From NCBI GenBank assembly GCA_012295275.1, contig CM022665.1, positions 21,328,001 to 21,392,000 on the forward strand: a stretch of DNA of 64,000 bases. The letters are read 5' to 3'. The DNA comes from Chrysomallon squamiferum (Eukaryota; Animalia; Mollusca). Numbering within the stretch: position 1 is the stretch's first letter; every line of letters starts with the position of its first letter. The position numbers and the translations under genes were made by a program. The notes beneath the pieces were generated by a model. The model searched no databases. It saw only the letters and a program-made list of their open reading frames with translations, and was not told the DNA's origin. Below are positions 56,610 to 64,000 of this stretch, one piece after another.

Positions 56610-57244
56610 AAAAAAAAACATCTGATCTGTGATGTACAAATTTATAAGATTGTATGCGCATGCTCAGAAATAAGCACCACCGATCAGGCAGAAGCGCCCC
56701 CTTTGCAGTATTATTAATTTGTTTATTACAACGAAATATTTCTAACAAAACACAATACGTCATCTTTAATCTAGAGGCCTGATCCAAAAAACATTATTTG
56801 AAATGTGGTGCTGAAGAATATACACTGTACATAAATAAAATTATACTTAAAAAATAAACCACCTTCAAAGAAAAAATAATAATAATAATAAAATATATAA
56901 ATAAATAAGAATAAAACAAAATAAAAAACAAAAAATAAAATAAAATAAATATTTTTTTCTCTTAAAACCATTTACAAATTATAAATTTAACATGATAACG
57001 ATAAAACACGTACAGATAAACGAGGATACCAGAAATCAGTTTGTAGGAGTCAGCGTTCTTTAGTAAAATATGCATAACGTTGTAGTACAACATGCTGCCA
57101 TACTTGAACAGTGTTGTTAAAGAAGGATGCCAAAAAATTATGAATAAACTTATTATTATTATTATTATTGTTATTATTGTTGTTGTTATTTCCTTATACT
57201 GATCTCTTTCTGTATGTGCATGTGTATATTTCTATATACGTTTA

Positions 57245-57275
<31 letters not shown>

Positions 57276-58680
57276 GCTATGTTCTAGGTCATTGTTTCTC
57301 AAACATTTTGAAATCATGGATTTCACACATACTGGGCGATTAAAACAGCGGAACCTAAAGTCAAAAAAGCAGGCCCGGATTTTCCAGCTGGCACAGCAGT
57401 CCACGGGTGTCAAGGGGCTCACTGAAGCAGATTAAACTCACTTTCATTAACATGCACTGAATCTGGTCACACAATCCCTCTATACAAATAACACCACTGA
57501 CAAATTTTCCATGAAAAAAAAAAAAAAAAAAAAAAAAACGGGAAGAAGTTATTTTGAAATCCACATGTAGTTCATAAGACATCTAAATTGATTATGCTTC
57601 AAGTTAACTGTATTTCTTTCATTATTCCCATGTATAAGATGTCCGTGATATAAAACTAAATATAACGATGTGTTACATTGCGTCGAAATTCGTATTTCTT
57701 ACATTACAATATTATGATATTATTATGCAGTATTTGTAGACATTTGGCCATTGCAAATACAAATTAAATATATTTTCTTGGAACGATAGTAAAGAAATGC
57801 AGTGAGAATGGAAGCTGAAATTTTTTAAATCATGAATCTCGAAACTCCGAATATGAATGGTTTATTTCTAAGAAATTGAGCACGGTAACCACGAGAAACC
57901 CTGTTCAAGATTATATGTTATTTATACATAGCTAGGTTATTTTATTTATTTATTTATTTATTTATTTATTATGTTGTTGTTGTTCTTGCTTACAGTTCAA
58001 AATACAGGTTATGTAAGAAAAAAAATCTGTATAATTTATTTATTTGTTTTTAAATGTATATTTATGTGTTGGGGTAAAAGTTCAATGCTTAATTCATGAA
58101 AATATTGATTGTAGTCAATAAACGGAGATAAATCGGCGGCTTTCTTTGTTATCGGAATAACTTTTGACCGGATTATATTGGCCTGCTCAGACTTTAATAG
58201 ATAAATTACCTTCGTTACTGCAGATGTTTCATACACACAGTCTAGTCACTCCTAATAACACACATGACGACCAAAGCAAATTAATATCAATACTAATTAA
58301 TACTTTAGACATTACCTAATTAAAAAATCATTATAAGGTACGGCTAAATTAGCTGACGTAAAACAATGAACAAATAATGACCAACATGTGGCTACTATTT
58401 ATAAACAAATTTGACCCAGTAACACTGAAAGTAGAGCAAGGATGAGTTCACCTTAATAGGAGTGACACGACAGTCAATCCATGGTTACGCCAGTGAATGA
58501 TATGGTCGTGAAAACAACGCTACTAATTGGAGAATTCTTTTTAACGAATGAGGTCAAAGTTCTGTTTAAGTTTTTGGTGTAATAGAAGGCAGGGCTTACC
58601 GTGAAAAATACAAACTAACAATACTGTTGCACCATCGCAAAAAAATGTGCATGCCCTTGACATTTGACATAAACCTGACA

Positions 58681-59234
58681 ATGTCCAAAATGGCCGACAA
58701 CGAAGAAGGTGCATCATTAGCGACAGAAGAAATGGATGTTGATAAAGACAGCGAAGACGAAGAAGTGGAGAGCGACGATGAAAATGAAGAAGAAGTGTTA
58801 TATGAAGTGGATAAAATCGTCGGAATGCGCAGTGCTGGAAAAGTAAGTGCTGAAACTTGTTTTGAAATTCGATCCTTTCATTGGAAATTTTGGCATATGT
58901 GAATAAACGTAACATCGGTCTGCGATGTCATCGGTCTTAGTTGTCAAACAGGGAGTGTCTTTAGGCATTTTCTTTGTTCCCATCATGAGGATGGGTACTG
59001 ATATTAAATAAAAATTTATTAATTCGTGAAGTAATGGCATATAAAATTAAACAAATAAATAAACAAACCAAACGAAACACTTTTGTTTAAAAACAAAATA
59101 AAAAATATAAAAAATTGGGAAAAAAGTAAAAATATTATTGAATGGAAAATTTTAATAAAATGTCCAATCTTGCAAGTCGCATGTTTTTATAGAAACGTTT
59201 TATAATTTTCACAGTGGGCTCTAAATGGACTTTT

Positions 59235-59283
<49 letters not shown>

Positions 59284-60556
59284 CAAAACAAATAACAAAC
59301 TATTAGATTAAACATGTTTTTATGAAGTAGCAACAATATTAATTTTCTCAGATTTTGCAACTTAGTAGTTTACTTAATAATTATATTTATAATTATATTC
59401 TCTTTTCTTAAATTTTATTATTATTACTATTATTATTACATTTTTTTGTAGTAGTAATATGATAAGTTATTAAAAGTATTAAATTACTGTACCATGTTCT
59501 ACCTCCATGTGTGAGTACATACATTATTAAATCAAGTTTATGGACCATCATTTTTATTATTGTTACTTTTATTGCATCATTTATGTTTTGTAATAACAGA
59601 GCATTTTGTAATCTTTTCTGCTAAACAACTGAATGTCAGAGAAAGAAATTGGCACTTAGAAACTTAAACTAAAATAATATCTTCCTGTTTTTAAACAATT
59701 TACATGTGTGAAAAAACAATATTAAAATATTTTTATAATTCATTGTTTTATGCATACCAGTTGTGTCTATCAGTATACACGTGTGTATGTATATGTATGT
59801 GTGTGACTGTATATTTTTAAAGACTTTGTGTAACTATGTAAATGTACTTCACATAAAATGTATTTTATGAGAATGCTTGATGGTTCTATATTTATGAAAT
59901 TTATCTCACTACTACTATACTACTATTAATACTGCTGTTACTACTACCACTATTATTACTACTTCTACTAGTACTACTCCTCCCTGCTACAACTACAACT
60001 ATACTTCTAATACTACTTGCTACTAAATCTCCTCTTATTTCTATTACTGTAACTAGTGCTACCACTACTACCACCACCATCACTGCTACTACCACTACTA
60101 CTTATATACACTACCAGTAATAATCATAATAACTGGTAAATTGGATTTGTTTTGCAAATTTTAATTTCATTTTTATTTGTTAATAATTTAAAAAATAAAA
60201 TAATAATAGTGAAATTGGGATATTTTTTTTGTTTGTTTTTTGTTTTAAGAATGAAATAGGGAAATAGGTATTTAATATATATATTTTCTTTTTGTTAATA
60301 ATATAAAAAAGAAAACAACAATAGTAAAATTGGTATTTAATTTACTTTTTACTTTATTGTGTAGGGTAAGAAGCAGTTCAAGGTGAGATGGAAAGGGTAT
60401 TCAGCGATGCATGACACTTGGGAACCGGTGGAGAACCTGGTTAGTTGTCTGGACATGGTTGAAGAGTACCAACAACGGGCAGAAATGTTGAAAAAGCAGA
60501 GATCAGAAGAACGAAAGAGAAGAATGGTTTGTACATTTTAAATTGTTTTTGACCTA

Positions 60557-60591
<35 letters not shown>

Positions 60592-63500
60592 TATATAAAA
60601 TGTTTTATTTTGCCAGTGTATATATCTGTTACAGTTATCAAATTTTCATAAAATTCTAAATATGTTATTAGAATAAAATATAGTTAACTATCTCTTTAGA
60701 ATTTTTATATAACAATATAATAATAATTAATAATTTTGTGATTTTTATTTAATTATTTATTTATGTATTTTATTTTGTTTTGTTTTATTTTTAAATATTT
60801 TATATGGTTCATTCTTGGAAATATTTTAATAATAAAACTACTGAGGAAATTATTTCTTTTCTTTTGGATGATGTGATTTTTATTTTTTACTTTCATTTAT
60901 TTATTTTTATTTTTTGATTAATGAATTAATGAATTTATTTGTTTGTTTAAAATATTTTGTATAGTTTAGAGCTAGAAATATTTTAAATTTCATGGATAAC
61001 AGTTTTTGTATAGCAAATATCCTTTAATTTGGCTGATGTTAACTTTATTAAATATTTTCATATGTAAAGCAGATTGTACTGTTACAGGTTTTTTTATTTT
61101 TTATTTTATTTATTTATTCGTTTGTATGTTTTTGTGTTTTTTGTCATGTAAATAACTTATAAATTAATAAATTATTATTTTTATTTTTATTTTTAAAATT
61201 TGTTACATAATCCACCTGTTTTTAGTTACCATATAGCTTTAAATAGAATAAATTAACATCCACTCTATATATTTATTTTCCTCTCACAAAAGTAGCTGAA
61301 TGGGTAAGCACAAGAGAATTCAGATTTGCAGAAAAACTATTAATTTAATTAACCATTGATACAAGTATTGTTAGATGACCTAATTATGTTTTGAGCTGTG
61401 TCAATTAATAGACAATTTAAGCTAATTAGTCAAGCTATTGTTCTTTTCCAAGCTTAGTTACATTCATTTGCTTTGTTGACTTTTTGTTTATAACAGTTTA
61501 TTTATGTAACAAATGATAATACATTTAAATACAGAATACAATGTTGACATTAAATACAGATTATCATGTAGATTAAATATACTTGTTATAAGTGAAAAAA
61601 AATAAAAATTATACCTGACACTTAAAAATTCACAGTGATAAAAATATAGAAAAATGAAAAAGCAAAAATAAGACAAATGACATAATCATATTAAATATGT
61701 CCCAGACAGACATCATTTTGTTATGAAAAATAGAAGTGAAATGATTATAATAAAACTAACGTATTTTAAAATATTACACATCTGAAAATAAAAGGTTAAA
61801 CATAAATGTGTATATATGTGTATGTATATATATATATATATATATAACACACATTCACACAACAAACACATACATATAAAGTGATAAACTTTTACAAACA
61901 TAAACATAGAGCAGACATACACACAAATAAACGTGTATATACAGATACATTTGTGTATGTCTGTGTTTGTTTGTGTGTGTGTGTGTGTGTGTGTGCTTAT
62001 ATGTCTGAGTATCTTTGTGTGTGCACTCAGGAACATCAGAATTTTAAAATTTTAAATATTTTCAATATTTCTCAGTTCAGTAATGGAAAAACCATTTGGT
62101 TTTCAGAACATATTAATAATAAAGAAATTTAACATGGAAAATTATGTTAAAACATACAAATAACATTATAGAACACTCACTGGCATACTATATGTGGCCT
62201 GTGGGGCTTTCTAAATGGCATCCTAATTTCATGAGTATATAATATTTATTAGTAGTGTGGCCTGCCTGATGATGTTCTTGTGTAGCCTGCTTTTTGTAAA
62301 AAGATATCCATGCCTGTTGTAAAATATGAATATTTCTTTTTTACCGTTTCATATGATATAATAGATATTTTTTAAAAACTGCAGGCATTAATGGCTGGAA
62401 AGGTTATTCAAGAAGACCAGTCAACAGATGATGATGTGGCTTCTCCTAACTCGGATGCCACCACCCTGAAAGACACTTTCTGGAAAGATCTAGAAGAAGG
62501 TCGTATTAATCTGTTTACCACAGACATGTATTCGAGGGTCAAAGGTGAATGTCGAGCAGCAAGGCCAATGTCATTCAAACAGCAGTTCAATTCAAAACTG
62601 CCGTCCAGAGATGAAAATGGAAATTTGAAATCATCACCCGATTCCAACAAAGTAAATTGTTTAAGAGAAAAACGATCAAAGCGTAGGAGAAGAAATTATA
62701 AGAAAGACACTCACTTGAAATCCAAATGTCGAAGAAAGTTAAGTTGTAAAGTCAAATCAAACGAGTTTGTGATATTGTCTTCAAGTGGCAACAGCTATAG
62801 TGATTCTGATGATGATGCTGATGCTGTCCCTGATAGTAATGACTTAAAAGATGAGAATTCTATTTCAAACAAGAGTGAAAAGTTTATGTTACTTTCAGAT
62901 AACAAGCTGGATATAGAAAATTCAGATAAAAACATGGATGAAGCAGATATAGAAATTTTAAATAAAACCTCTAACCATGGTTGTGAAGAAGAGAAGCAAC
63001 CCACATGTTTCTGTGATATTTCTCAGTCCATGGACCTGTCAGCATCAGCCATCAATGACAGCAAGTCAGCCATTAAGTCCAGTGACAAGGTAAATTTATT
63101 CTTAAAATCAATACAAGATTGCTTAGTGTTTGCTTCATTTGTACTAATGACAATATAACAGTAATATAAATAACCTGTTGGAGAAGAAATAAAAATAAAT
63201 AAGCCTTTTTGGGGGTGGGATTAAAATAAAATAAGATAAAAAGTTTTCTGGGCAAAACAAGAGAATAAATAAATAAATCTTAGTTTTTAAGGAAATTAAG
63301 ATTACAGAACATTGTTGATAATTAAATATAATAGTTAATAATAGAATAAAATGTACCATTTTTTTCAGTTGTGCCTGTGTTGCTGTATTATTGCATTAGA
63401 CAGAAAACTGAAAATTGAAAAAGTGTGACTTAACTAATATTTACAAATTAAAATAATGTTTTTATCAGTTATTTACTTTTTCTGTTTACATTATAATATC

Positions 63501-64000
63501 ATGAGGAAAAAAAAATGTAGACAAATTTAATATCATTCAATTCATTGTTCAGTCTGCATATTTTATATTTTTATAATTTATTGTTTTAACATTTCTCTTA
63601 GATTCTAGCATCATGTATAACAGAAACAAATATGAATGATTTAAAGGGAAGTGGTAGCCTTATATATGTTTATTTGTTGAATTTTTATCCTACTTTATTA
63701 TCATCAAAGATTTATCCCTTGTAAAAATAAAAATAAAATTCATAGAAAACTTTAATATTTAAACAAATTTAAAAAAATTTGATCTTACATATATTTTTTT
63801 CTTTATGTATTCCTTGTAATATAATTGGTAATATATAAAATATTACCTCTTTTTTCAGAAACAAAACCATGATACATCTTGGAAATCAGATGCCAGTGAT
63901 AAAAACACTGCTCAAAAAAGTAAAGACAAATGTGTAAATTATAATAACTTAATAAGTGGTCCAAACATTAAAAAATCTGAGACTGTGAAAAAAGCTGTTA
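58681..64000 (+). CDS. Chromodomain protein, M-phase phosphoprotein 8-like (5' part); exons 58681-58842, 60365-60526, 62385-63089, 63859->64000
   Basis: An acidic N-terminus is followed by the spliced chromodomain YEVDKIVGMRSAGK|GKKQFKVRWKGYSAMHDTWEPVENLVSCLDMVEEY with the aromatic cage residues (Y, W, Y) present. All junctions are phase 0 and GT-AG. A long charged region follows. The MPP8 assignment is tentative because its C-terminal ankyrin repeats would lie outside the window. The start could be 58681 or 58690. Confidence 0.85.

Overview
This is eukaryotic genomic DNA, very AT-rich and dense in microsatellites, with canonical GT-AG introns. It is probably from a lophotrochozoan such as a mollusc, which is an inference from gene content and repeat style. 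Gene models were reconstructed by hand from splice sites and reading-frame phase. In order: (1) the 5' ~50 coding exons of UTP20 (minus strand, ATG at 30794, running off the left edge); (2) PACRG (minus, 5 exons, 247 aa); (3) MRPS15 (plus, 7 exons, 296 aa), head-to-head with PACRG with only 248 nt between the ATGs; (4) a Dlish/Vamana-like triple-SH3 adaptor (minus, 3 exons, N-terminus MAFLCP); (5) an unassigned, apparently intronless ~1058-aa ORF (minus); (6) an Achaete-scute-like bHLH gene (plus, 2 exons); (7) a 5'-truncated RNase H-bearing non-LTR retrotransposon; (8) the 5' part of a chromodomain gene (MPP8-like, plus, running off the right edge). Most short ORFs in the supplied track are microsatellite or antisense artefacts. 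The most unusual signals are: introns that repeatedly carry tandem, degenerate copies of the neighbouring exon/intron junction; a recent partial exon duplication in UTP20 that forms a stop-free, frame-preserving 105-nt candidate cassette exon; near-perfect palindromes centred on (TA)n; and the large orphan ORF. I cannot demonstrate a new multi-gene system from sequence alone.
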